Virus record (IMG/VR): IMGVR_UViG_3300042341_001047
Source of the DNA: a virus
DNA length: 64,000 nucleotides
Strand: one strand, 5' to 3'
Shown here piece by piece: positions 30,001 through 39,837 of the stretch. Below the pieces are notes generated by a model that saw nothing but the letters and a program-made list of their open reading frames with translations, was not told where the DNA came from and searched no databases. The position numbers and the translations under genes are program-made. Each line of letters begins with the position of its first letter. Position 1 is the stretch's first letter.

Positions 30001-32240
30001 GAAAAAGTAGTTGACATTAAAACACTAACTGACTCATCCATAGGAGTATTAGTATAAAACTGGAATGTTTTTTGTCTATCACTCCAATAAGTGATCCAAT
30101 TTGTTTCAGATTGTGTCATAAAACTTGGAGCAGTTGCTGAAATAATAAGTGGTTCAAACGCTAAATAAGAACCAACAAGAGATGTATCACTAAAGGTCAA
30201 TGAGTTTGGAAGTCTATAATCACCAGCATCTGTAAAGAAGTTTAATTTACTAGCAATATCATAATCCAATACCAATAATTTAGACTTTAATTTCTCTTCA
30301 AAAGTAGGATCTAAAACATTAAAGTTTAATACACTATATGTAGATGATTGTAATAGTGATGTATTACCACATATTATCAATTCACTACCGTCATAATCAA
30401 AAATTTCATTAGGATAAGTAACATATTCAAAAGTAGCCGCTGTTAATCCAACAGTTTTATTTGAATAAGAACTACCTGTTCCTAAATATTGAAAGTTATT
30501 AATATCGAATGAGAAAATCCCATCTTGATTAGTGACATTATCAGTACCTGTAAAATAAAAATAATCTGTGTTTTTTCTTCTTGTAATACTTCTTATATCA
30601 CCATAATAATTTGAAAAGTCAAAATAAATAAAGTCAGTTCCTAAATCAGAGAATGAACTATTAATATCATAAGCTATAATATTACCATTATCAGTAGCTA
30701 AGAAAAGTAAATCTTTCTCAGTTGGTATTGAATAAGTTGAATATGAGTAAGAAGCTGCCCAAGTTGTTAACTTTGTTTTATAAATATCATTAATATTATC
30801 AACTAAAACATATTCATCTTCTTCATCATTTATCTTAGATATTCTTCTTTTATAAGCCACCCAACCGTCAATACTATCAACCATCTCAATCAAAACTCCT
30901 GTATTACCTGCTATAAAAAAGCTAGTAGCTGTTGAAAATAAAACTTTATTATAATTATAAGAATTAAAATCATCTAATTCAATTCTTGTCCAAGTATAAC
31001 CACCATTTTTAGTAACTAAAATCGTATTTAATTCACCAACAATAACCCCTCTAAGATCATTAAAAAATGACACTGAATAAATATTTGTCTTTATTATTTG
31101 AGGTTGTAAGGAAGTAACATCTTCTATTTTTATTCTTTCTATTTCAAAGTCGTGTTTTCTTACTTTTAGTAAAGTATTACTATCACCACATATCCAGTAG
31201 TATTGAGATGTCTCTGATATACCTCTTAGATTTACTTTATACTTATTTTTGATAATATTTGACTTACCTTCTTGTGTATTTAGAATAACTCCAAATTCAC
31301 CTACTGATATGGTTCTTGTAGGAATAGTATATGTTATATTTTCAAAAGTATATGATTGTGTTCCATTTTTTATAACATCAAAATAGTTTATTTCAAATAA
31401 GTTATTATAATCAACTCTGTTTCTTAAAATCCAATTTTTCTTTTCTTTGAATTCAATTGGTTGACTAAGTGCAGTAGTTGGATAAAAACCATCTAATAAT
31501 CTAGATAGATGAAGTTGTTTACCAGCATTGTTAGTTCCTAATTTAACATTAGTGCTAAACCTAATACATTTTTTATAATCATCAAGAATTATATCTCTTA
31601 CTAGTTTACCACCTTGATAAGTATAAATACCATTCTCTTCATTATAATATTGATATTCAATAGTAGCTCCAAGGTCTAAAGTGATTGTATATCTACCAGT
31701 AAAATAAATATCTGGGTCAGTACTATTTAATAAAGTAACATTTGTAACTTGATCTTTTACTAAAACTTTATGACCTTCTTTAAGTCTAATATCATCAATA
31801 TAATAAGGATCTGTAACTAATGTAAGGTCTATTTGTTCTGTTGTAGCCACATCAACATAGTGATAGTTTTTTAAAGAATCTTTAATTAATCTAGATGGTG
31901 TAAATAAGTTTTTCAGAGTTAAACCATATTCTGATACAGATTTGTTATAAAAGTCATAAGAACTATCATTTGTGATTTGAGAGGCATCTTGTGGTGGTAT
32001 AGTAGATATACTATACGGAGAACCTATTATTTGTGGTATATACCAATTTCTAAATTGATACTCTTCTATAATATCATAAATATTACTTAAATCATTAACT
32101 GGTAGATATGTAGCACCACTTAAACACTTAGAGTAAAGTCTTGTAGAACTAAGTTCTTGTTTTAGATAATTAAAGTCACTCTTTGTTAACTTATCATCTG
32201 TTGATGACCACTTATTAAAATCACTATTGTATTTCCACAT
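27078..32240 (-). CDS. large tail/baseplate-associated protein (fibre-like N-terminus, beta-propeller repeats, GxWxx solenoid)
   Basis: VDVATT...LKEGHKVLVKDQ...ENGIY; VGELNTILVTKNGGYTW; GTWNNGTWNNGRWYDGTW repeats. Confidence 0.7.
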   Translation of the reverse strand: MWKYNSDFNKWSSTDDKLTKSDFNYLKQELSSTRLYSKCLSGATYLPVNDLSNIYDIIEEYQFRNWYIPQIIGSPYSISTIPPQDASQITNDSSYDFYNKSVSEYGLTLKNLFTPSRLIKDSLKNYHYVDVATTEQIDLTLVTDPYYIDDIRLKEGHKVLVKDQVTNVTLLNSTDPDIYFTGRYTITLDLGATIEYQYYNEENGIYTYQGGKLVRDIILDDYKKCIRFSTNVKLGTNNAGKQLHLSRLLDGFYPTTALSQPIEFKEKKNWILRNRVDYNNLFEINYFDVIKNGTQSYTFENITYTIPTRTISVGEFGVILNTQEGKSNIIKNKYKVNLRGISETSQYYWICGDSNTLLKVRKHDFEIERIKIEDVTSLQPQIIKTNIYSVSFFNDLRGVIVGELNTILVTKNGGYTWTRIELDDFNSYNYNKVLFSTATSFFIAGNTGVLIEMVDSIDGWVAYKRRISKINDEEDEYVLVDNINDIYKTKLTTWAASYSYSTYSIPTEKDLLFLATDNGNIIAYDINSSFSDLGTDFIYFDFSNYYGDIRSITRRKNTDYFYFTGTDNVTNQDGIFSFDINNFQYLGTGSSYSNKTVGLTAATFEYVTYPNEIFDYDGSELIICGNTSLLQSSTYSVLNFNVLDPTFEEKLKSKLLVLDYDIASKLNFFTDAGDYRLPNSLTFSDTSLVGSYLAFEPLIISATAPSFMTQSETNWITYWSDRQKTFQFYTNTPMDESVSVLMSTTFSYSSVSTSNTISSITGSASQISYLAPMITLATQSRYDSQGLPVISAPTSPYDIYIYDYLMVYKVTTSYPVSVGDVIQFNSSVVDGQFVVNRVETLSGRNYIYMFTDFNGNIIKELQSTTYSITLTNLNRYQTIDELTYRFNEHPIGNAYKLEYSDSYGNVLSSTSSILKMSADFNNLTSYYNLATNVIIGGNYSEMKYTSGFLNFGYSPTYNLLSYLEGINGFGDLNPTFYATKEYLAMPEYRNIPLGSLTASTAYIDYNGMTASYDLNSQGNKILFGNDLYLEWNSIFINTFVDVNINGSSTYTTEKLLVMDKYYDEVQEAYVIEFHKRLNFVLGDTAILSGTLDIVSRRYLSQISEDLQELNNIQRTKGKTNSWKDQGLFNYESYENELNFKIPTDSYAKILLSDANTVSKLSAIIYVDYKNELAMNITRLAKEYSIPILNTSQTGIGSVIYVPGKLYISCSQKHELITGDGVNLEFTGGTGSSQQLNQQYFGYHPVIKVTDYDFVVDIDYGTTPLLGNDDGYVRYTRQDPFLNYQPIDLIDYGADQRGKQSIELTVENLKLSGSVYSLIDIDYDKYRYRLVDGLNLETISLSYPWILEAEISGAIIGLGTEELVWYKGTWECGRWFGGTWHSGVWMSGDWYGGTWNSNKIDDRILSVSVDTKTVDKEMSIWYTGRWYTGTWNNGTWNNGRWYDGTWNNGIWYKGTWNDGVWNNGLFQGGIWILGTWNTGIFNCDSEPAYWLDGNWNGGDFENGMWYNGNWQQKNGESRFGTKSFNSRTSTWQAGNWVSGSFYSELNRNSDGQLDVSDKHKYSIWKTGKWLSGEWYGGIAYNMDWKLGTWYGGILEDIQVVGVDTVNNTFTLNGIFKFNIGDDIYIIDNQIGGTYSIYGSNSAPGRYKVLFTEEDNINETTTIYVNYNLSGTSINLVETNLRVVSKFTNLNWKSGIWTNGLFDTGLWEGGIWYNGVFEATWM
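27855..27985 (-). repeat. 15-bp-period coding tandem repeat (GxWxx pentapeptide)
   Basis: Repeated ccattattccaagta-like units. Confidence 0.75.
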
Positions 32241-32243
32241 ATT

Positions 32244-32456
32244 TTATTTTTTAACTTTTAATTCCCATAGAACGGTTTTACTATCCATTACTATGTTACT
32301 TTTTGATATTTTAACCTTGGACTTTTTAAGCACACTCTTTATCATTGAAACAAACTCAGTATATTGATATATGTCTGTTATATAATCAGATATATCAATA
32401 ATAAAAGATTCTTGTTCCGAAAATATCAAACTATAGATTAAATCATCTTTTTTCAC
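32244..32456 (-). CDS. hypothetical protein
   Basis: 70 aa ORF directly upstream of the large structural gene. Confidence 0.55.
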   Translation of the reverse strand: MKKDDLIYSLIFSEQESFIIDISDYITDIYQYTEFVSMIKSVLKKSKVKISKSNIVMDSKTVLWELKVKK

Positions 32457-32543
32457 TTTAACTCAGTCTTTGACTTATATATTAAAAGTATGCATCTCTA
32501 ATGAGGGAGAAAATGGAATATCAATATATAAAATAAAGAAATA

Positions 32544-33302
32544 ATGTATATGAGTAAAAAGGGCGACGCTAACAATCAAATACAAGAAGGAATTCAGGAA
32601 TTTGAATACAGAAAAAACATCAGAAAAAAGAATTCTCTGACTAAAGAAGAATTTCAAAAGTCTAATGTACATTTAAGTGATAAACAACAAAGCTTATATA
32701 AAGGAATAAGAAACAGCACATTAACTGTTGTTCACGGACCAGCAGGAACCTCAAAAACATATACAACCTGTTACGCAGCTTTAGCACTATTAGCTGATAA
32801 GAAAATCGAAAAGATTATTATAACAAAACCTATACAAGAATCTGGTGAGAATTTAGGTTTTTTACCTGGAAGTATGGAAGATAAACTACTTCCATATAAA
32901 CAATCTTACTATACAACATTTTGTAAAATCATTGGTAAAGTATCAACTGATATGTTATTTGCTACAGAAGAGATTGTATTCGAACCATTAGCTTATATGA
33001 GAGGTTCTACTTATGATAATTGTATAATGTTATTAGATGAGTGTCAAAATGCTTCAATCAAACAATTAATGCTTTGGGTTACTCGTTTGGGTAAAGATTC
33101 AAGAGCCGTAATGATGGGAGATACATCACAATATGATGTTAGGAAAAAAGACTCAGGCTATAATGACTTCATTAAGATGGTAGATGGTATGGATGAACTT
33201 TGTATGTTTGAATTTAATAACTCTGATATTGTTAGAAATAAATTCTTAATACAAATTGCTAATAGATACGATAAATATCGTTCAGAACAAAAAGAGTTTT
33301 AA
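32544..33302 (+). CDS. phoH: PhoH-like ATPase
   Basis: GPAGTSKT, GENLGFLPG, LAYMRGST, LDECQN, TRLG, GDTSQYD, DIVRN. Confidence 0.95.
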   Translation: MYMSKKGDANNQIQEGIQEFEYRKNIRKKNSLTKEEFQKSNVHLSDKQQSLYKGIRNSTLTVVHGPAGTSKTYTTCYAALALLADKKIEKIIITKPIQESGENLGFLPGSMEDKLLPYKQSYYTTFCKIIGKVSTDMLFATEEIVFEPLAYMRGSTYDNCIMLLDECQNASIKQLMLWVTRLGKDSRAVMMGDTSQYDVRKKDSGYNDFIKMVDGMDELCMFEFNNSDIVRNKFLIQIANRYDKYRSEQKEF

Positions 33303-33303
33303 T

Positions 33304-33334
33304 AAAAAACCCACTAAGATTTAGTGGGTTTTTT
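33304..33334. terminator. bidirectional intrinsic terminator
   Basis: aaaaaacccactaa-gat-ttagtgggtttttt between convergent genes. Confidence 0.8.
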
Positions 33335-33338
33335 ATTA

Positions 33339-34292
33339 TTAATTATCAAATTCAAAATTTCCATCATCATCATAAAATTCTTCTTCAGGTTCAGGATCTC
33401 TTTCGGTCTGACCATTACTTTGTACTAAAATATAGTCAAAACTATATCTATCAGAGTTTGAAAATCTACCCGTATTTTCATTATAAAACTTAAAGGTATC
33501 TAAATAAGGATAGTATCTAAAATCATAATTCTCCAAGACAACATAAAGTGATTTTATACAAGGACTTCCATCCACATCAAAAATTAACTCAGATTTAGCA
33601 TTTTGTTCCCATTTTGATAAGTAACCATTTTCTTTTGCCCAATCTTTGAAAAATGCAACATCATGATCGTAGATATAATATATTCTATCCATTACTTTGT
33701 ATTCTTTTTCTATTTCTTTATGCTCTTTAACACCTTCCCAAAGAAGTGCTCTAGCTCTCACTTTTCCATCATCTTCTAAATAAACTAACATTTTAATATT
33801 AGGATTTTTAGAATAAATCTCCATGAACTTATTTCTTTCTCTTTGTCTCATACAAGAGTTCCATAAAGTTCCAATTTTCATACCATTTGACAAATGGTAA
33901 TTATCTTCTAAATAATACTTTAGAATATCTTCACCAGAAACTATCTTTAGTTTAGATTTATCTCTTGAGAAGAAAGATTTATAAAGATTTACAAATCTTT
34001 CAATTGCGTTATCATTTATATTAAAATTAGATATTGAGAACTCAGTTAGGAATTTTCTTATAAATCTACCAATTTTAATTTTTGTTCGACCTGAACTCCA
34101 AACATCTTCTACTTTTTCATATTTAGAACGAGGTAGAAAAGATATAACATCTATTTCAGACTCTTCTACTTTTATATAATTACCCTCATCGGTTAAGTGC
34201 GAACCATCACCATTTAGTAGTATTTGAGAAATGATATCTCTTGATGCGAAGTGTAAGAATTCAACAAAATTTTTATCGAAAATAAGTCTCAT
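33339..34292 (-). CDS. SCM/RALLW/MDRIY-domain protein (paralog of 15613..17145)
   Basis: GTLWNSCMR, RARALLW, MDRIY, YPYLDTFK. Confidence 0.7.
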   Translation of the reverse strand: MRLIFDKNFVEFLHFASRDIISQILLNGDGSHLTDEGNYIKVEESEIDVISFLPRSKYEKVEDVWSSGRTKIKIGRFIRKFLTEFSISNFNINDNAIERFVNLYKSFFSRDKSKLKIVSGEDILKYYLEDNYHLSNGMKIGTLWNSCMRQRERNKFMEIYSKNPNIKMLVYLEDDGKVRARALLWEGVKEHKEIEKEYKVMDRIYYIYDHDVAFFKDWAKENGYLSKWEQNAKSELIFDVDGSPCIKSLYVVLENYDFRYYPYLDTFKFYNENTGRFSNSDRYSFDYILVQSNGQTERDPEPEEEFYDDDGNFEFDN

Positions 34293-34311
34293 AGATTTTA
34301 ATATATAGTAT

Positions 34312-34524
34312 ATGAAATTTTTATTAGAGTTTAAGTCTTTTTATAATGTAGATGATATTGTTCTCATTGAATACTGGTATGGTGATATGGTTACTCCTGT
34401 TAAAATTGTTGAGAAACTATCGAGAGTTTCTTATAAAGTTAGCCATAATGTTCCAAATTCTAAAATATTTAATGCTCCCGATGAAATCATCAAATCATCG
34501 GATATAATTGATATTAGTCGATAA
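34312..34524 (+). CDS. small SH3/Tudor-like protein with leader-like N-terminus
   Basis: 70 aa; TAATATATA at 34299. Confidence 0.55.
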   Translation: MKFLLEFKSFYNVDDIVLIEYWYGDMVTPVKIVEKLSRVSYKVSHNVPNSKIFNAPDEIIKSSDIIDISR

Positions 34525-35713
34525 CGTTACCTAATAAGTAGTCATAAAATGTTTTATCATTTACACTATTCATATCAAGATATTGGTCTTTAACAACATC
34601 TAATTCTGATTTTGATAGATTTTTATCTAAAATTTTATCAATAATAGAATCATAGTAATCTTCTTTCTTATCAACAGATTTAGGTGTAATATCAATTAAA
34701 CCCGAGCCATTGTCAAAGTATTTCTTACCACTACGTCTTGTCTTTTTGAAAGAAGCATATTCTTTTTCACCTGGCCAATCTTCTTCAAGATCATCTTCTA
34801 AATCATCCTTAGGACCATCATACCAATCATCATGATATCCATAATCTCTACTTCTCCAGTTACTTCCTTTTCCTTTCCAACTACTTGAAGAACTTCCATA
34901 ACTTTTTTGTTTGTTTCTACCAAAAGAACCATAACAACCATAATCATAAGACTTATATTCTGTTTTAGAAGGATCTCTTCTAGTTGGTAAGTTTTCCCAG
35001 TCAATCAATAAACAAGCGTCAGCCAATTTGACCAAGTGTTTAATATCTTGAGACTCGTTAGTAGTGTGTTCTTTATAATAACCAACTGATATATTAGTAC
35101 ATTCTGGAATTAAATGTGTAAACTCAGCGGAGTCTGTATAAACACCACCATCATCTTTCTTATAAGACATACCACCTCTTTTATTAAGTTGTTTACTTAA
35201 TTCATCGGCGAACGCATCTGAACAACATCTTGAAGATGATTGGAAAGTAATAACAGAACCTGTATCTCGTCTATCAAAAGAAATTATTCTATCATATAAT
35301 CCTTTGAATTTATCGTATTTAGCAGCCAAACCCGAACCAATACAACCAACTTCCTCACCAATGAAAAAGTAGTAAAGACCTGGGATTTTATTTTTAATAA
35401 GATGTAGTAATATAGTGACACCTGCTTTATCATCAGCTCCTAAAATTGTTTTACCATCTGTTTTAATCATATTTCCATCGAAAACATGAGTAACTGGAGT
35501 TGCTTCTTTGCAAGCCGTGTCAAGGTGTGATGCGAAAATGGTTCTTGATTTACCAATTTTATAGTAGTAGTTACCATGTGAATCTTTTTCTAAATCAGGA
35601 AATACTCCTTGACTTATCATACTCTCAACAAGAGTATCTTCAGTACCATAAGGATAGGTACGATTTGTTAGTCGTAAAAATGTTTCTAAAATATAATTTT
35701 CTTTTTTACTCAC
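34514..35713 (-). CDS. M28/M20-family zinc peptidase-like protein
   Basis: SHLDT, LGADDKAG, GEEVG, FDRR, YTDS, NISVGY..EHT. Confidence 0.85.
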   Translation of the reverse strand: MSKKENYILETFLRLTNRTYPYGTEDTLVESMISQGVFPDLEKDSHGNYYYKIGKSRTIFASHLDTACKEATPVTHVFDGNMIKTDGKTILGADDKAGVTILLHLIKNKIPGLYYFFIGEEVGCIGSGLAAKYDKFKGLYDRIISFDRRDTGSVITFQSSSRCCSDAFADELSKQLNKRGGMSYKKDDGGVYTDSAEFTHLIPECTNISVGYYKEHTTNESQDIKHLVKLADACLLIDWENLPTRRDPSKTEYKSYDYGCYGSFGRNKQKSYGSSSSSWKGKGSNWRSRDYGYHDDWYDGPKDDLEDDLEEDWPGEKEYASFKKTRRSGKKYFDNGSGLIDITPKSVDKKEDYYDSIIDKILDKNLSKSELDVVKDQYLDMNSVNDKTFYDYLLGNVID

Positions 35714-35739
35714 TTTATCAATTTTATTTATAATTATAA

Positions 35740-35747
35740 CAAATATA
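35740..35747 (-). promoter_or_regulatory. Bacteroidetes-type -7 promoter element TAnnTTTG
   Basis: TATATTTG; further copies at 41079-41086, 41959-41966, 46999-47006 and 55176-55183, all just upstream of minus-strand starts. Confidence 0.7.
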
Positions 35748-35788
35748 CGAAAAAAATTAGAAAAAACAATACTTTTAATATATAATTT

Positions 35789-36340
35789 ATGAATTTTAAA
35801 GTAGATAATTCAATTTTATGGGATAATGTGTTCTTTATCGAAACCGATAGTGGTGTAAAGTATGTTGCTAAATTAGAAGAAACATCACCGGGATCAGGGG
35901 TATGGACACTTTTCTTCCTTTTAGTAAATGGTATACCAAATTCTAGAGAAATATTTGGAACAATGAATACTCTAACTGAGAATCTTATAAATGTACTAAA
36001 TCAAAAAGGTATAGATTCTCTATTAGTTTGGATTGCTGGAAAAGATAGAAAAGAAATAGACCAAAAAACTAAAGTATTTTTAAGATGGGTAGAGTATCCA
36101 TTTGAATATACATTAGATGAAAATCCAGAAATTAGAATACAGGGTAAGAATGAAACCATATATCCGAATACAAATTTTATACACATAAAAAGAATTGTTA
36201 AACAAGAAGTTAAGGAAGTTAAAAAAGATGTACAAGTTCCAATTTCAAACATTAAAGTAAAATTCTGTTTTAATTGTGGAATGGAAAATAAAGATTATAA
36301 ATTTTGTCCTGGTTGTGGAACAAATTTAAAACAAACATAA
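35789..36340 (+). CDS. hypothetical protein with C-terminal double Zn ribbon
   Basis: CFNCG...FCPGCG. Confidence 0.65.
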   Translation: MNFKVDNSILWDNVFFIETDSGVKYVAKLEETSPGSGVWTLFFLLVNGIPNSREIFGTMNTLTENLINVLNQKGIDSLLVWIAGKDRKEIDQKTKVFLRWVEYPFEYTLDENPEIRIQGKNETIYPNTNFIHIKRIVKQEVKEVKKDVQVPISNIKVKFCFNCGMENKDYKFCPGCGTNLKQT

Positions 36341-36455
36341 AGTTTTTCAATATATAACATTAGCTGTTCGCTACACTTATGTCGGGTATCATTAGGATAC
36401 CTTTGAGATTTAGAAATGAATCAAAGATATAGGATAAAATAAAAAAAGAATAACT

Positions 36456-37469
36456 ATGGCAAAATCAATTGCACAAACTAGCACTAAACCAAGTGCTTGG
36501 ATCGTAACTCCTAACGACAAAGGGAGAAAATCAATTAAAAGTGGTAAAATCTTCTTAGAAGATAAAGAAGAATTTGAAATAGAATTATTTAACCCACTAA
36601 CCGTTTCAGTTCTCGCTGATATTAAATTAAACGGTCAATCAATATCAAAAACAGGATTAGTTTTAAAACCAGGACAAAGAGTTTATCTCGATTGTTTTAT
36701 TGACGACAAAAAGAAATTCATATTTTCTACATATGAAATCGATGGTGGTTTAGAATCATTAAACGCTACTCAAAACAATGGTCTTTTAGAAGTTTTTTTC
36801 TATAAAGAAGATGTTATCACTTTAGATAACTGGAGATCTCGTTTTGATAGAGTAATCGTTGAAAAGTGGTATCCTGCTTACTACCCATCACATAACTATC
36901 CTTGGAACAACATCTATTGTGGTGGTTCTTTCGGAACTGGTGGGTATGGAACTACTCTAACCAATGGTATTATTGGAAGCACTACAACTACTAATGTTGA
37001 TTTATCTAATATAAGTAGTAATATCAATTCATCATATACATCTGACTCTAATGTTTCATATGGTGGAACTACGGTTAATAATTTATTTTCATTAAATAAT
37101 ATAGAAACTGGTAGAGTTGAAAAAGGTGAAGTTTCAAAACAAAAATTCACTGAAGTAGAAATGGACTTTGAAAAGAATTATATCTCTTCAACTATTATTC
37201 AGATATTACCAGAAAGTAGAAAACCAGCAGAGATTAAAAATGTTAAAATTAATATTGAACTTCCTAAAGGTGATTGGTCTAAAGAACAGATAGAAGAAGC
37301 CAAAGAAGTAGTTCAAAATTTCTTGTGGAAAGAAGATACCCAAGAAACACAAAAAGAAATGTATAAAAACATAGAACTAATTAAAAAATTAGCCGACTTA
37401 CATTCAGCAGGTATCTTAACAGATGAAGAATTCTCAACAAAAAAAACAGAATTACTAAGTAAAATCTAA
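36456..37469 (+). CDS. hypothetical protein with C-terminal SHOCT-like domain
   Basis: FEIELFNP...DIKLNG...NNGLLEVFFYKE; IKKLADLHSAGILTDEEFSTKKTELL. Confidence 0.7.
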   Translation: MAKSIAQTSTKPSAWIVTPNDKGRKSIKSGKIFLEDKEEFEIELFNPLTVSVLADIKLNGQSISKTGLVLKPGQRVYLDCFIDDKKKFIFSTYEIDGGLESLNATQNNGLLEVFFYKEDVITLDNWRSRFDRVIVEKWYPAYYPSHNYPWNNIYCGGSFGTGGYGTTLTNGIIGSTTTTNVDLSNISSNINSSYTSDSNVSYGGTTVNNLFSLNNIETGRVEKGEVSKQKFTEVEMDFEKNYISSTIIQILPESRKPAEIKNVKINIELPKGDWSKEQIEEAKEVVQNFLWKEDTQETQKEMYKNIELIKKLADLHSAGILTDEEFSTKKTELLSKI

Positions 37470-37491
37470 AAATAAATAAGTGAACAGCTTA

Positions 37492-37521
37492 AGAAGAGAG
37501 TCATTTTGACTCTCTTTTTTT
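37492..37521. terminator. intrinsic terminator
   Basis: aagagagtc-atttt-gactctcttttttt. Confidence 0.8.
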
Positions 37522-37523
37522 AA

Positions 37524-38447
37524 TTAAATTGTAGTAGGAGTATCAACTGCTCTACCAGTTGATTTATCTCTTGTATTTATTACCATTGTTGATTTATCTA
37601 TCCAAGACTTAGTAGTAATATAAAATTCGTCTTCTAATTTCCCACTAACTCCTAATAAATCTAATATCTTATCTGGATTTTCATGACCAGCTGCAATCAA
37701 CATAGTTCTAACATTTTCAGCAGTATACATCTTATTATCTAAATCAGGTTTGTCAGTTGCTTGCCACCAATTACAATATTGATAAATCGAAGTTCCTTCA
37801 TCATTTATGTTTATATGTTCTCCTTTATTTTTTGACAAATTTCTACTTTCAATGTTCTTTAACAACCAATCAAATGGTGTGAATAAAATCCACTCAGTAA
37901 TTTGACCCTTAAAATAAGATTTTATACCTATACTTATATCATCAAATATAATTGTTTTACAATTATCGGGTAATAAATCAGCACACCAAGCCATTCCAGT
38001 AATTCTACCATCTGGACTATTACGAGGTATATTATTTTGTATATTTTGAGATATTGTTAATGGATATTTTTTACAAATTTCTTCAAATGCCTCGACTTCT
38101 TCGACAGGTGCTGTTTTTTTCCAATCCATATACTCTTTTTTATAAAAGACTTTTGTTCCATCAGACTGACCAAATGTCCAAGGCCAATCTGATATAGTAT
38201 CAGCAAGTGTATTCATACCTCTTTCTCTTAATAGTTTTTGGAAGTCTTCAAAGTATTTACCTCCACCAAAATTATCTGTACCAACTAAAACTACAGGAGA
38301 TAGATTTTCATACCAATCAGTTGCTCCTAATTTTTTTGCCAAAGTTGATTTCCCAGACGCACTTGGACCAGAAAATAAAATAAGTTTTTTTCCACTAATT
38401 GATTCTTTTATCAATCTAAATTTTTCGTATAGTTTTAAGTATCTCAT
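37524..38447 (-). CDS. P-loop kinase-like protein with head leader
   Basis: FSGPSASGKST; IIFDD; MRYLKLYEKFRLIKE. Confidence 0.7.
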   Translation of the reverse strand: MRYLKLYEKFRLIKESISGKKLILFSGPSASGKSTLAKKLGATDWYENLSPVVLVGTDNFGGGKYFEDFQKLLRERGMNTLADTISDWPWTFGQSDGTKVFYKKEYMDWKKTAPVEEVEAFEEICKKYPLTISQNIQNNIPRNSPDGRITGMAWCADLLPDNCKTIIFDDISIGIKSYFKGQITEWILFTPFDWLLKNIESRNLSKNKGEHININDEGTSIYQYCNWWQATDKPDLDNKMYTAENVRTMLIAAGHENPDKILDLLGVSGKLEDEFYITTKSWIDKSTMVINTRDKSTGRAVDTPTTI

Positions 38448-38481
38448 AAATTGTAATGAAATTTTTAATATATATTAAGAA

Positions 38482-39837
38482 ATGAAACTTAAAAGATATA
38501 TTCAATTTATTAAAGAGTCTATTAAAGAAGATATAGAAGAAGGAACTCTTTGGAAGTTAACCGAAGATGATATCACCGATTATATGTTAGAAATAACAGA
38601 TGCTGGATATTATGTTTCAGTTGAATTTGGTTTTTGCGAAACTATACAAGAAACAAATTGGTCTACTAAAGAGGTAAAAGATAAAGATATTTTTACTGAG
38701 AAAGTAAAATCAGGAGATAAAGTTAGACCGGCTTATTGGATTAAAATAGATAAAAGTGGTAGAGTTAAAAATGATGATGTTACTTCTACATTTCAATTTG
38801 CTTGTGGTATTATAGGTGAAGAAGCCAATACTGAAATATCAATAAATGATGCTGATGGTAACCTTGGAGATATAGACGGAATAGAAATTAAAGGTGGTTT
38901 ATTCTACACAGATAATTGGAATTCAAATGAACCAGAGTTATTAGAGGCTGAAGATTATATTGCTATTTTTGCTAAATCAAAAGAAACCATTACATTCACA
39001 CAAGAAAATTTAGTAGAGTATTATAACTGGTCAGATGCTATTGTAAAAGATGGTAGAATTTATATTGAAATAGATACAGAAGATTTATCTGATATTATGT
39101 TATCTAGAAGTTCTAGTTATAAAGACATCTTAGTAAAAGGTGAGGAAGATATGTATGATAATTACTATGGTTCTGATTATCAACCAGATATTACATCAAT
39201 GTTTCAATATTCTTTAGATAAAGAGAATGAAGTTTTATTAGTAAAAGCTATGATTAAAGAAATGGGTGGTTTAGAAGACACTATTAATCATATTGGTGAT
39301 GAATGTTCAGATGAAACATACGAAAGTGTTAAAGGTAAGTCAGAAGAAGAAGTCATTCAATTCCTATTAAAAGAAAGATTCTACGAAACATTAAAACAAT
39401 TATGTAAAAATTCTGAAATCTGTCAAGATATTAGACAAACTATTGGAGATTGGGAAATGAACGCTCACGTTGACACAAACTATAAAGAAATTCTTCATGA
39501 ATTTGATGAAGTTGTTGAAAGTGAATTCACATTTACAAAAGAAGATAAAGAAATTACTAGGTATTATAAATCAAAAGATGCCGAAGGAAATGAAACCAAA
39601 AGAGAGTATAAAGAAATAGTGACCTATTATACCATTCCTTATAGTAATGATTGGATAGATAATGAAGATGCCGAAAGACTAAAAGGTAATAGTTTATTTG
39701 ACATATTCAAAGAATGGTGTGGGGAACAATACTTTACATATGAATTGAAACCTTATTTTTCCGACCATGGTGATGTTGATTCAAAAGCTCTTAATCAGGA
39801 TTTGAAATCAGATTTAGAAAGATATCTTAAAAAGTAA
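38482..39837 (+). CDS. acidic putative head-targeted protein
   Basis: MKLKRYIQFIKE leader. Confidence 0.6.
   Translation: MKLKRYIQFIKESIKEDIEEGTLWKLTEDDITDYMLEITDAGYYVSVEFGFCETIQETNWSTKEVKDKDIFTEKVKSGDKVRPAYWIKIDKSGRVKNDDVTSTFQFACGIIGEEANTEISINDADGNLGDIDGIEIKGGLFYTDNWNSNEPELLEAEDYIAIFAKSKETITFTQENLVEYYNWSDAIVKDGRIYIEIDTEDLSDIMLSRSSSYKDILVKGEEDMYDNYYGSDYQPDITSMFQYSLDKENEVLLVKAMIKEMGGLEDTINHIGDECSDETYESVKGKSEEEVIQFLLKERFYETLKQLCKNSEICQDIRQTIGDWEMNAHVDTNYKEILHEFDEVVESEFTFTKEDKEITRYYKSKDAEGNETKREYKEIVTYYTIPYSNDWIDNEDAERLKGNSLFDIFKEWCGEQYFTYELKPYFSDHGDVDSKALNQDLKSDLERYLKK

Noticed and set aside
20831-35713. KKTRRS shared by the capsid-fragment protein and the M28 peptidase
   Set aside because: Only two instances, both in low-complexity basic tails.
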